Shown here: piece by piece, positions 1-12,082 of the stretch
Numbering within the stretch: position 1 is the first letter of the stretch
How the letters are laid out: each line of letters begins with the position of its first letter
Source of the DNA: Spironucleus salmonicida
Taxonomy: Eukaryota
NCBI RefSeq assembly: GCF_000497125.1
Contig: NC_090597.1
Location: forward strand, 1,747,797-1,811,796
DNA length: 64,000 nt
Direction of reading: 5' to 3'
Notes under the pieces: generated by a model
Database searches by the model: none
The model's input: only the letters and a program-made list of their open reading frames with translations
What the model was told of the DNA's origin: nothing
Translations under genes and position numbers: made by a program

Positions 1-159
1 ATTGATAGAGTTGTAGGTATAGAGGAGGCACTTTAAATGGTTGATGGCGAAGATATTTTGAATTACACACAAAATAATAGAGACAACAATTTAATTTTCC
101 ACTTATATAATAGAATTAATGATATGATTGCAAGTAGAGGAGTTGAAAGTGAAAAATGA
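1..159 (+). CDS. 3' end of a gene entering from the left edge; possibly the C-terminal part of a divergent small GTPase
   Basis: Frame 1 is open under code 6 (IDRVVGIEEALQMVDGEDILNYTQ...GVESEK) and ends at TGA 157-159. DRVVGIEEA loosely resembles the post-G4 segment of Rabs. Confidence 0.5.
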
Positions 160-163
160 TATA

Positions 164-439
164 TCATTAAACTTTCCATTTACTTTATTGTTTTGGTTTG
201 ACAACCATTTCAACTTTTTAAGTAAAGTTTTCTATGCATACATCAGAAAATTAAATAGACACAATGGTGTCTTTTTTAATTTAAATTGTGCTAAATACTT
301 AGTTATCTGATGTAATACAGTTTACCATTACTATAGATACCGGTGTATAGGCTTATAATATACCTGATATCGATGTTGTATTTGTTGTAACAAATACAGC
401 TTCGCCTGTTGATTGTTATAAATACTAGTCTGGTTACAT
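164..439 (-). CDS. Divergent Sm/LSm-fold protein (LSm4/SmD3-like), 91 aa
   Basis: MQPDQYLQQSTGEAVFVTTNTTSISGILQAYTPVSIVMVNCITSDNQVFSTIQIKKDTIVSIQF...: N-terminal helix, Sm1-like G-x-L segment and Sm2-like I-x-x-x-x-I-x-x-I pattern. ATG to TGA is in frame. Confidence 0.55.
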
Positions 440-489
440 TTAGTCGAATGATAATATTTATATATAATATAGTATTAAATATCTTAATA

Positions 490-720
490 ATGAAAATAAT
501 GGTCTTGAATTTAAGTAAAAAACGAAGTAAGAATGCATTAAGATCTGATTTAGGATATTTTTTAGAATATTATGGTTAGATATAAAGGCTAGATATAATA
601 AGATCTTCTAATTCTTGTTATGCTATTGCCTAATTTATTAACTGCAATGCAATGGCTGAATTATAAGCAAACCAAATAGTATTTTAAGGAAAAAATTTAT
701 TATTTAAAGAATATAAGTGA
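490..720 (+). CDS. Single-RRM microprotein, U1A/U2B''-like, 76 aa
   Basis: MKIMVLNLSKKRSKNALRSDLGYFLEYYGQIQRLDIIRSSNSCYAIAQF...VFQGKNLLFKEYK parallels U1A RRM1 ([29 protein letters not shown]...FYDKPMRIQYAK). Ends in AGTGA. Confidence 0.6.
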
Positions 721-734
721 AATTTATTACGAAC

Positions 735-2270
735 TCACCAAGGTAAATCTCTTACCATTTCCATATCTTTTTCTTTTGCTACAATTTTCATAGTCTACTC
801 AATAGGAACTTTAGCATAAACAATTTTATTTGCTTCAGGAACAACACGAACAATATCTTTTGGAACCGATTGTACTGTTCTCTAGTTAATGGTTTGCCCA
901 CAAAAAGTTTTCGGAGCAATATGATCAAATCTTTTCAACGTGGTTTTTAGAAGTTCTTTGGGAATCATTTTTTCTGCTTCTCTACGTTCATTCCATGTAG
1001 TAGAAAATCCAGATACTTGGCGATCAGGGTTAGGATTTTTCTACCAATCACCCAATGGTTCTGGCTGATACCCTCTTTTAAAATCATGCCTGATAGGATA
1101 GCACTCTGCACCAGGACCTGGCAGTCTTCCAACAACTTCAGGGCAACATGAAAACTCATGAGCATGAAGATTTGAACCAGCTACTGGAATAATTCTTGGG
1201 TCTGTTCCTTTAGGATATGTCTTCTTAATAACTAGTTCAGATGCTGCTGGAACATAAGGTGGAGGATCTAAATCTGTTGGTCTTTCTAAAATTGGTACTT
1301 TTTTAAGATAACCCGTCTAATAACCTGGACATTATGGGTGTTATGCATCAGATTTAAAGAAGTCAGGATTTTTATAAGTTTGGCTAATTGAGGGTGGTTT
1401 CGGGTATCTATCTTTTGCCTAAATATTATGATATTCTTAACCTATTTAATCCGATGCAAAATCAGTTGATTTTTAATTAAAATTATAATCTCTCGTCATA
1501 GTCTCTTTCCATTTATTTGCAGAAGTTAATTCTTCAATTTTAGTTTTCTACCCCCGCTTTGCCGAACAATCATCTGTTAGGGTATTATCAATAATAGTAT
1601 CTCTATAACCATATTTAAATTTCTTCTTCCATTCTTTTTCTTCTTTGTATCCAATAATATCATCAGTTCGCATATTATCAGTTTTCACATAGTCACGAGA
1701 ATTCCAAAGTTACTAACGATATGGAACTGTATGCGAAAGTCCCTCCATTGACATTTCTTCAGCTCCTTTCCAATCATACCTAGTATTGAGCATATCACAT
1801 TTTTATCTTTCCAATTATTTTTTGTGTCTGACTATATCTGTAACATCAAGCATTTAGTCTTTTTCTCTTGGGTTTACAGCTACCTCAACTTTTCGCTAGT
1901 ATGATATATCACTACAATCTGTAATATTCTTCAGTGTATGCTCCCGAATATGACCAAGATTGGTGTTAATTAATTTTGACTTATGTGTTAGCCCTTAAAT
2001 ATCAGTAATATCATGGGCAAAATTATATTTCATTGGCGTTTCTTCCGGCTGAATTGTTTAATATGATGCTAATTTATACCTAGGCTCATTAGGATCTACA
2101 TGTCTCTTAATAATACACTAATGTGGGCGAGGCCCATTTTCAATTATATCTCTAGAATCAGTAGTATGATCAGGCCTAGACTTTGAGGGATTGATATTCG
2201 GATGTGATATTTATGGGTTACTGGATATAACACTATGGTACATACCTTGTGGTGATTATGGCGCCGTCAT
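735..2270 (-). CDS. Hypothetical protein, 511 aa, Pro-rich with short degenerate D-I-x motifs (possible cytoskeletal/flagellar protein)
   Basis: Open code-6 frame MTAPQSPQGMYHS...RHVDPNEPRYKL...HDITDIQG...LDVTDIV...VRDLPW*. Confidence 0.7.
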
Positions 2271-2398
2271 TGCTTATATTGCGGAATGAATAAAATGGCG
2301 CGAATAATTTCATGCTATTTTAATATATTATATTAAGTATATACTTTGTTTATATATAATTTTTATATTTAATATAAGTATCTCTTAGAATTTAAAAA

Positions 2399-4270
2399 AT
2401 GAATATTTAATGGTTTGAACTAATTTCATAAAAATCACCAGATATTTAAGCCGTAAGGAAATTATCATTGGCATTTGGAAAGTAATTTAATGATAATAAT
2501 AAGACCGCATTAATGGTTATAGCTGGAATTAAAAATTCTCCTATATTTAGAATTCTTTTATAGAAAGAACGTGGAATTGCAAACACATATAATTTTACTG
2601 CGCTACATTAGGCATGTATTATCGGAGAATTAAATTATGTTTCTTCACTTCATTAAGAGGCTGATTTTTCGCTAACGTAGTATTTTTCATTATGTTATAA
2701 GTCTGAGTACCCTATTCATGTAGCAGCTCGGAATAATCACTATAAAATTGCAGGTGATCTTTTATATGATTCAAAGTCTAGTGGATTTACAGAAAATTTT
2801 TTAAAAGCGGCATAAAATATCTAATGTAAACTTGAGAAGAATACAGATTCGGCAGGAAGAACTTAGTTGATGTATATTGCTATGAATAAAGACTATAATA
2901 CTGATAACATAATATTTTTTGGATAATAGTAAGGAATTATTGATGATTCCGGGCTGTCTGCTTTAATGTATGCTACATTATGTAATAATATATAATTTGT
3001 TAAATTTGCAATAGATAATTTACCAAAGGAATTAAAGTTATAGACAACAGATCATTTGAACTAAGCCCCGCCGGGCACAACGGCATTAATGTTTGCTGTT
3101 ATCTATGATTATACTGAAATAGTAGATTTGTTGAAATTTTCTGAGATAGAAATTTAAAATGAAAACCAAATGACAGCATAAGAAATTTGTACTAATTAAA
3201 ATATATTAATAAGCCTTAATAAGTTAAATCCAGTTAATAAAATATAATATAATCGTAGGATAAGTTTAGATAGAAATTTAAAATGTTTAAATGAGTTTTA
3301 TAAATCAGATATTAAGATCAGTAAATTATAGTTTTCTGGAATTTAGACATTGAAAACTTTTGATTCTCATATGTCTTCAATTTCTTCTCCTTTAACATCC
3401 AGAATAAGTCCCTCAGCTAATGAAGTTTTAAAGTAAATATGCGGAATTTTAGGTTGTTAGTCAAGTAACTTAGTTTTCAAAATAAAAGAATAAATATAAA
3501 CATATAAAGTTGAAATGGAAAACAAAGAGATTCAAGAACGATAAAAAAATTAAGAAGAAAATGAACTATTAGAGCGTTAAACAGAAATTTCAGAGTAATA
3601 AAAACAAATATACCGAGATCAGTAGCAATTAGATTATTTAAAAGAAATACTTTTTAAATCTTAAAATTTATAATAAAAAAATCAATGCGAGTAGACATAG
3701 GCTGATAACTAAACGAAAGGTATCTCAACAATTTCATTTAAAGGCTAGAATTAGGTTGATTAATAATGTTAAATAACATATTACGAAAAAGAAGCTGAGA
3801 GTTAAACTGTCTTATCACTCGATTAGTTTGACAAAATATATGAAGTTTTAACTGAAATTTAGCCAGAAATGGCCAGTATTGATAGAGGTATTGCTAGAAC
3901 ATTTTAAAATTTTAGATAACAGAAACGTAATTTTAGAAATTTTTTAATAAATACTTGTGAATAATTAGATAAAGCTGCTGATTTATAGTTTAAGTTTAAA
4001 ACTACAAGTAGTGTATTTGAGTAAAATGTTACGGAATAAGAGGAGCATGTAACGTTTGACAATGAACTTTAGTTGAGAGATCTTCTTTCTCCAAAAAGAA
4101 TAGTTGTAGATGCATAGTCATTATATAACGAAAGAATTAGTCTTATGATAAAGGAGGAATAACTATAAAAAATTATACGTAGTCAAGTTAAATTAGAAAA
4201 TTAAAGAAATTAACTTTTACTTCAGCTTAGATAGGTAGATAATACTCTTAAAGAAGTGACATAACAGTGA
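2399..4270 (+). CDS. Ankyrin-repeat plus coiled-coil protein (diplomonad Protein 21.1-like), 623 aa
   Basis: Contains KTALMVIA, GRTQLMYIA, GLSALMYAT and GTTALMFAV ankyrin motifs and a Q/E/K-rich coiled-coil C-terminal half. Ends CAGTGA. Confidence 0.85.
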
Positions 4271-4365
4271 TTTTGATTTATATTAGCTTGTTTTTAGTAA
4301 TAATGGAAGTTTAAATTAATATAATGATCTTTTACTTATATTGATAATCAAACTCCTTCCACAAG

Positions 4366-4914
4366 ATGGACAATCACTCCACTACGTACTACTAAAAGAA
4401 TTCGCACTAAACTAGACTAACCAAGTAATTTAAAGCCCCTCCACAAAGAGCTATTTTCATATAATCTTAAATGGAAACTGATTTATTTAATGCACCGAGT
4501 TTCTGTTCATTTACTAATCGATATATCAAATTTAACGACAAGTAATATATTTCATCGTAATTATTAGCATAAAATCCAGGTATAGTTGTTAGATTGATTT
4601 CTGAAAAGTTTGCATCAAATCGTAATTTTGATTAAAATTTTCTAATTATTGGATATTTATAGCTCTATTAACCTGTTACTAGGTCTCTATTTTAGCGGTT
4701 TATTGATGAGATATAAAATTTTGACAGATTAGTAGATTAACTAACGTTTTAAATTTGTACAGATAATAATGTTTTACCAACTTAATTAAAGTCTACACTA
4801 TTTAGAAAAAATGAAAATATTAGAGTTATATAGTATGTTTAGGCAATATGTAATATGATAAGAAATAATAGTCAAACGGAATTACCAAGAATATTGTCAG
4901 AATTAATTAAATGA
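4366..4914 (+). CDS. Hypothetical protein, 182 aa
   Basis: Open frame MDNHSTTYYQKNSHQ...LPRILSELIK*, preceded by a C-rich element (CTCCTTCCAC). Confidence 0.65.
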
Positions 4915-5018
4915 AAATTCATTATTATATATTTATTATAATATATAAAATAACATATTAAATTAATTATTATATAATACAAAGTATAAGTCCTTTCCAA
5001 ACCCTGTTTTACACTAGA

Positions 5019-6191
5019 ATGTTGATTTTATTATTTTCAATTGACTCGTCTGCCTGTTATAAATGTCTTGAATAAAATAATAATCTTGAGATTTATACCC
5101 ATTTTTGGTGTGTAACTGATGGTACTTGCAAATCAGTATCAGATATAGAATCATGCTCAAGTTATGAAATGCATGATATGCTTTATGATGCTAACGTTTG
5201 TTGTGTAGATATAGCAACAGAAGATTCTTGTTTAAGTGGAAATACTATTAGTTATTGCTTATGGTGTCCTACTCATTTGGTGGATTCCGTTAGCATTACT
5301 GGTAAATGTATGTATTCTGGACCTTAAGGCCCTGAGCTAAATTATGATAATGTAAATAAAAATTGCCTTACTGCTCCAGATATATCTTCTAAATGTTCTT
5401 AGCTTAATGATTGCCCAACTTGTGCCGAAAATGTTGTATGCGCATTTTGTCCAGTGTAAGGCCGCTGCATCACGAAGTTGTTAGAAGATAAACCATACCC
5501 ATAGTCATTATATAAATGCTCAGACGGAATGACAACTGTTTGCTGCGATTCATATTCTGATTGTGAAACGTGTGCTTTGAATACTATGTCAATTACTTCT
5601 CCTGTATGTGTCTGGTGTGGGGGTGGAAATACCGACAATGAGACACCTTATTGTAGTACTGCAGATAAGGTTTTTGGAAAATGCTCAACAGATATGAATG
5701 CATTAGGGGCAAGTTATTGCTCAGACTCATGCTACTTAAAAGGTAAAACATGTACTGAATGCTTAGCACAAAGTGGCTGTATTTGGCTAAGTAATATTAA
5801 GCTTAATGACTTCCCTAATTCTCCTCCGATCTAACTTTGTGCTCCGGGTGGTTCCTCAGGACCTAAAGTTTCAACTATTTAATTTACCACATAATTACCA
5901 TAAAATTATGGATTTGAGGTTGTGACTTTTAATTATTTAACATGTAGTTTAAATGCAAGCTAGTTAAATTCTCTTATTATAAGTTTGTGCATTATCGTTG
6001 TACTGGCAATTGTTATAGCTTATTCAGCTACTTTTATTTTAAAGAAAGTACGTTATAATAAATTATTAAAGGCAGCATTACTGGCAGCTCTTTCAGATGA
6101 AGATAAGAAAATGGTAGAAGAGGAGCAAGCCTTCGATGTTAATGATTATATGACAACAGTGCAGGAAATCCCCTGGGAGGATGAGATATGA
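5019..6191 (+). CDS. Cysteine-rich type I membrane protein with PSI-like repeats, 390 aa
   Basis: Short hydrophobic N-terminus (MLILLFS), repeated CxxC...C-x-[WF]-C units (CPTCAENVVCAFCP, CETC...CVWC, CTECLAQSGCIW), a TM segment (LIISLCIIVVLAIVIAYSATFIL) and a cytoplasmic tail ending EIPWEDEI. Confidence 0.85.
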
Positions 6192-6204
6192 AAAATTAAT
6201 TATT

Positions 6205-6546
6205 TCACCAAATTAGATCTAATATTTTTTGAATAAAATCTACCTTTACTTTTGGCATTCGTCGCTCAGGATAGAAACTAATTGAATTTGTGCCTTGGTT
6301 TCCTTTTGGAACTGTTCTTAACCAGTTTTCTTACGGCTCAGTTATACCAATGACTGAATTCTAAGACAGTGGAAGTGCTCTGCGAAGCAAGGCTGCTTAA
6401 GCAAATAAAGGTTCTGCAAATCTTACTAAAATAAGAGATGAAGACAAAACATGTTGTTGAACTACCTATCCAAATTATAACAATGAATGAATAGCAAGTA
6501 AACGCGTTTCATGAGTTAAATTATATACAGCAACCCAACAATCCAT
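6205..6546 (-). CDS. Minimal Nup35/Nup53-like nucleoporin (RRM plus C-terminal amphipathic helix), 113 aa
   Basis: MDCWVAVYNL...LLQFGQVVQQH...LVRFAEPLFAQAAL...SVIGITEP matches the Nup35 RRM pattern (WVTVFGF...AQYG...KAL...MIGVKPC). The C-terminus DFIQKILDLIW resembles the terminal membrane-binding helix. Confidence 0.65.
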
Positions 6547-6601
6547 AATTTTGATATAAAGTGAAAAATTTATATATAGTTATATAATAATAAATAATTT
6601 C

Positions 6602-7414
6602 TCAATCTCTCATGAAAACTGCCTGTTCATGAATTTTCTAATAAAGCTCCTTGCCCATAAAGCCTTCCCATATCAAGTCACCTTCCATGTCGTATAAAAA
6701 TCCTCTAGGAATCGCCCCTCCACAATGTTGGAGAAGAGATGGAACAATTCCAGAGCTCTCAATAGCTACTGTAAGATTATGCAAAAAAGGTCTTTTATCA
6801 AAGAATTTTTAAACTCTATCTTATCTTTCAGATGTTAGTGCAATAAATTAAATTTCGTTATACCTTAAGGTTAGTTCTGATAGACTCTGTAATGCAGCCT
6901 GACATGGTGGGCATGATGTCTAAAAAATTTCGATCAAGCAGGGTATGCCTTATCTATATTCACCGTTAATAATATTAATATCAGTAGGTACCTGATTTTT
7001 CTGAACTATAAACTCACCATTTATTACCATCATAGCTTTATTTAAAGCTGGATCCCTAGGATGTCCCTCCCAAATAAGTTCCTGTTACTAATTAAATAAG
7101 AATACTACAGGAATTCCAGCAGTTTCCTTTTATTTCAAAAATAACATGAGGCTTTTATCGCCATCTACTGCTACTGATTGATTTTTCATTGAAGGGAACT
7201 TTGTAACAAAATTAGACATTTTATCAATATTTTCTGTAGATGCAGAAATCACATTTATTTTTCCTTATTATTCAACCGCTAATTATGAGATAAATGGTAT
7301 ACAGTCATGACATGGTGGACACCATGTAGCAAAAAATTCAAGAAGAATGGGTAAATTAGGGTCAAAAAATGGAGATTTATGAATAAAAATAAATGATTCA
7401 AAATTGGGTTTCAT
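6602..7414 (-). CDS. Tandem thioredoxin-like (TlpA/redoxin-type) two-domain protein, 270 aa
   Basis: Active sites LLEFFATWCPPC and SCPPC, cis-Pro GIP motifs, and IWEGHP. Confidence 0.85.
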
Positions 7415-7536
7415 TTATAATAATATATCTTTGACCATTACTATTATATACTGATATATAAAATATCGTTTGCTATAATATATACATAATAATAGTTTTA
7501 AATATTATTGAAAGTAAATATTCAATATTATCAAAA

Positions 7537-7896
7537 ATGAACAACGTAAATTCATTTTTAACTTTAAATTATGATAATACTAGATACAGAATCTAACAAT
7601 TACCTTTTCATATTGGTTCTGCTCCACCCTGCTAATTATAAATCTCTTCTTCAACGCCAATAGTATTTTCCATTATTTTTGATGTCTTACAAAAAGCATA
7701 CTAGGTTGTTGTTTAAGATGATGTTACCATCAACAATGTGGACTTTGAAAAGAATTCTCCTAGAATACCTATTTTCAATGAATCTACAATAATATATAAA
7801 AATCTAAATTTCAAAGTTTTAATTAATCAAGTTCCTGATAGTGGTAATGAAGTTAATTTTATAAGAGAATTTAATTATAGAGTTATTGGTTAATGA
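7537..7896 (+). CDS. Small degenerate FHA-like domain protein, 119 aa
   Basis: LPFHIGSAPPCQLQI...VTINNVDF...IFNESTIIYKNLNFKV follows the FHA beta-sandwich pattern but lacks the GR and SxxH phosphopeptide residues. Confidence 0.55.
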
Positions 7897-7967
7897 AATT
7901 TGGATGGTTCTTTTATTTTTTTAGAAACTTAAGGTATTAATATATAATTTTACTTAAGTCATTATTT

Positions 7968-7990
7968 TTCACTCCTTAATTCCATTCCTA
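7968..7990 (+). promoter_or_regulatory. C-rich upstream element of the ValRS gene
   Basis: CACTCCTTAATTCCATTCCTA immediately before the ATG in otherwise AT-only intergenic DNA. Similar tracts occur before RRS1, the DDX27-like gene, PFK and the 18941 gene. Confidence 0.55.
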
Positions 7991-10900
7991 ATGTCAACAA
8001 ACGGAAAAGCTCTTAAAAAGTAATAGAAACTTGATTTAGAAGAGAAAGAATTAGTTATTAAATAGGTAGGAAAATCATAAACTACAACTTTATAATCATT
8101 TAACTATGATAATGAAACAGTATCAGGTAGTAAAAAAGATATATCTGGATAGTGGCCACCAGCATATAACCCTATGCCAATAGAATAATCCTGGTATGAA
8201 TATTGGAATTAGAAAGGTTATTTTAAGCCTATTAAATCTGATCATAAGTTTGTCATATTGATACCTCCACCAAACGTTACTGGATCATTACATATTGGTC
8301 ATGCTCTTACTAATGCTGTTTAAGATGCTTTAGTACGTTATTATCGTGCTTCAGGATACGAAACGTTATGGCTTCCAGGAATGGATCATGCTGGTATTTC
8401 TTGCTAAGTGGTTGTAGAAAAAAAATTGGCAAAGGAAAATATAACTAAGTATGATTTAGGGCGTGAAAAATTTGTAGAAAAGATTTGGGAGTGGAAAAAT
8501 GAGTATGGTAATAAAATTTATAAGTAATTAAAAAAGTTAGGCTCATCGTTAGATTGGGAAAGATCAGTATTTACTTTAGACTCAGAAAGAATAAAAGCCC
8601 ATGATGAGGCATTTAAAAGATTTTTTGACGATGGACTAATTTATCGTGATAACCGTCTTGTTGGTTGGGATTGTACCTTACAAACAGCTATATCAGATGT
8701 TGAAGTTGAATATATGAATGTTACCGGCCCAATTCAATTAGAAATTAATGGGAAAAAGTATCCGTTTGGGAACTTATGGAATTTTGGATATCCAGTTATT
8801 CCAGACAGTTTAATATAAAAGGATGACTAAGAAATAGCATAATTTTACGATGAAAATATCACTGAACTGAAAAAAGATGTATTGATTTTTGGAACTACTC
8901 GACCTGAGACAATGATTGGTGATTCTGCATTGGCAGTACATCCAGAAGATGAAAGATATACATTATATCATAATAAATTTGTGTATCACCCTATTAGACG
9001 TTGTAAAATACCTATTGTAACCGATAATATATTAGTTGATATAAATTTTGGAACCGGTGTTGTCAAAATTACTCCAGCTCATGATCCGAATGATTTCGAA
9101 ACCGGTAAACGCCATAACTTAGAATTTATCAATATGTTATAAACAAATGGTAACTGCTACGCACCAAATACAGAATTTCACGATGTTCCCAGACTAGATG
9201 CTAGAATTTAAATAATTTAATTTTTCACAAAATTAGAACTGTATTAAGGTAAAACACCAAATCCTATGGCAATTGGTTTAAGCTAAAGATCTAGAGATGT
9301 AGTAGAACCTATGCTTAAACCATAGTGGTATTTAAACTGTGAATCTATGGCTAAACAAAGCTTACTTGCTGTCGAACAAGGGGATTTAATTATCACACCA
9401 AAACAACATGAATAAACATGGAAAAATTATTTGGAAAATATTAGACCGTGGTGTATTTCTAGATAGTTGTGGTGGGGTCATTAAATACCACTTTATAAAG
9501 TTTGGATTGAAGGATAATCTGCCCCAGATGGATCAACAATTGATCATTGGGTATTTGGAAGAAATGAGGAGGAAGCTAGGAAAAATGGTATTTAAAAATT
9601 GAAATCTTAAAATATTTAGGTTGAAAGAGATTAAGACGTTACTGATACTTGGTTTTCGTCTTCATTATTCCCGTTCTCTGCATTTAACTGGCCAGATAGT
9701 AATGAAGATTTCAATAAATATTTCCCTAGTACCGTTTTAGAGACTGGTCATGACATTTTATTCTTTTGGGTAGCAAGAATGGTGATGACATCTTTACACC
9801 TGCATAAAAAACTACCTTTTAAAGAAGTATATTTACATGCTATGGTTCGAGACTCAAAAGGTGAGAAAATGTCGAAATCAAAAGGTAATGTTATTGATCC
9901 CTTAGATTGTATTTTTGGTATTTCTCTTAAAGATCTTCATGCACGTCTTCGTGAAGGAAATTTATCTGAGAATGAAATTAAATTGGCAGAAAAATTGCAA
10001 AAAGCAGAATTTCCAGCTGGTATAGCATAATGTGGAACTGATGCTTTAAGAATGGCTTTATGTCTTTATACTGGAGCAGGTCGGTCAGTTAACTTAGATC
10101 TTAATAAAATTATTTCACAAAGAAACTTTTGCAACAAGATTTTTAATTCGGTTAAATATGCTATATAATTTTGCAATATCAATGACGACACTATAGGAGA
10201 ATTTACATCAATCGAAAAGTTTTTTGAGTATAGCTATCAGAATAAAGCAAGCCTGCGTATTGAAACGAAAGATATTTTACGTAAATTATCTTAAGCGATT
10301 TATAAATATAACAAATCTTACCGTTAGAATCTTCTTAATGAAGCATCAGAGGCTGTATTGATATTTTGGTGGGATGAATTTTGTGATAAATTTTTAGAGA
10401 CTGTCAAACCACTTAATAATGATTTATTCACCAAATAGACATTATTGGCAATTATTGATACGTGTTTACGTCTTATTCACCCATTCATGCCATTTTTGGC
10501 AGAAGAAATGTATCAACACTTACCACATTTTAAAGCAGAAAACTTTGATTCAATTATGGTAGCCACTATGCCCAAGGATTGTCACTGGTTTAATTTTGGT
10601 GATTATTAAGAATTCATTCAATATGACGAAAAATGCGTTAATATTGATTCTATTTACACAAAAATAAGAACTGATTAGGTATTTGCTATAGGTTCGGAAT
10701 AGTTTGATGTAGCAATGCATTGTACAAAAGTTATAAGAAGCATTAGAGCATAATATAAGCTTACTAATTAAAAGGTTAAAGTTTTTGTTAATTACTAACT
10801 TAATAAAGAGCAGCTTAATATTATTACTATCTTAGGTTAACTTGAATCCATTGAGGTTATCGAGAAAGAAGAAAAAATGCAATATTGTGCTTGTGGTATT

Positions 10901-11155
10901 GTTAGTGCAGATATAAGTCTTTTTGTCTTTCTTAAAGGTCTAGTAGATTTCTAAAGAGAGTCAGAGTTAAAATAAAAGGAATTGATGAATATTAACGAAT
11001 AAATTATTAAAACTTAAGTATTAATGGAAGGTGACAATTATTGTAAAATGCCTTAGAAGCTTAAAGATGGATATCAAGTAAAGCTGGCAGATTATCTAAG
11101 TAAGAGGAATACATTAGAAGATGTTATATAATAATATTAATAAATGGCAGAGTGA
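7991..11155 (+). CDS. VARS: Valyl-tRNA synthetase, 1054 aa
   Basis: Motifs [58 protein letters not shown] and KMSKS. Continuous under code 6; ends GAGTGA. Confidence 0.98.
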
Positions 11156-11167
11156 CCCAGTATAAAT

Positions 11168-12082
11168 TCACTTCAATGTTATTTACCAACATTTTACTAT
11201 TCCATGCTTATCCCAAGTAAAATATTAATCTTTAGTAAGTAGACTCCCTGCTAATCCAGCTTCATGTGCGAACATACTTTTTAATATAACATTTCGCTAA
11301 CAGTCTATAACAACTACCATTCCAATTTAATTTGCAACATATAGGATTAACGCTTCTGTATCTAATTGACTTGATACAATTTTTCCACCAAGAAGTCGTG
11401 TGAATATGATTTCTTATTTCTCATTAGCTAAATCCCAAAAGACGATCATACCCTAAGTATCTCCTGTTATAAGATAATTATTCGACTTATCGCAATAAAT
11501 AGATTAAATCGATCTAGAATGTACAGAATATGTTTAAATATTAATACTATCATAAGTTGTAGGAGAGATTAATGAAATTATTGAGTTAGCATTGATTTGT
11601 TATTTAACTAAAACTAACGAATTTTATGATGGTTTTATCTTTGTAAATATTGAAGTATTAATAATATTTTATTTACAAACTTTGTAATTTTCCGAAAATT
11701 CAAGTTTAAACAGACTATGAGAGGCTATAAAATATGAATTTAGGCCCTCGTCAAAACAAATAGAGTTAATAGAAGATGTATCAACTTTTGTTGAATGCAA
11801 TAACTAAAACTAGTCAATCAGTATTCTATATAATAGTAAAGCTGAAGTTAACGTACCAACTATTAAGACATTATTCTAGATATGACATGTTGTAATTTTA
11901 TCGTTTATAGTGATGCTATGCTGCTGAATATATGAATTTTTAGTTTTCATAAATAAGATCATATCATATTATGAAATTACCAATATAGCATCTTATATGG
12001 TAAAAATTACACTAACTCTTATTATTTTATGGCTGAAATGCATTACTTATAACTACTCCATTAAAACTCTTGTTTTGGACAT
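11168..12082 (-). CDS. WD40-repeat protein, 304 aa
   Basis: Beta-propeller motifs (ITGDTQGMIVFWD, AHEAG, FTWDKHGIVKCW). ATG to AGTGA in frame. Confidence 0.8.

Noticed and set aside
6230-6540. Relatively GC-rich stretch as a structured ncRNA (RNase P/MRP or snRNA)
   Set aside because: It is fully explained by the minus-strand Nup35-like CDS, and no conserved RNA motifs were seen.
6602-7414. Selenocysteine (in-frame TGA) in the thioredoxin-like gene
   Set aside because: Both active sites use ordinary Cys codons, and no internal TGA was seen.
7991-11155. Pseudogene interpretation of ValRS, PFK, MCM7 and others because of many TAA/TAG codons
   Set aside because: TAA/TAG occupy conserved Gln positions and there are no frameshifts, so the genes are intact under code 6.
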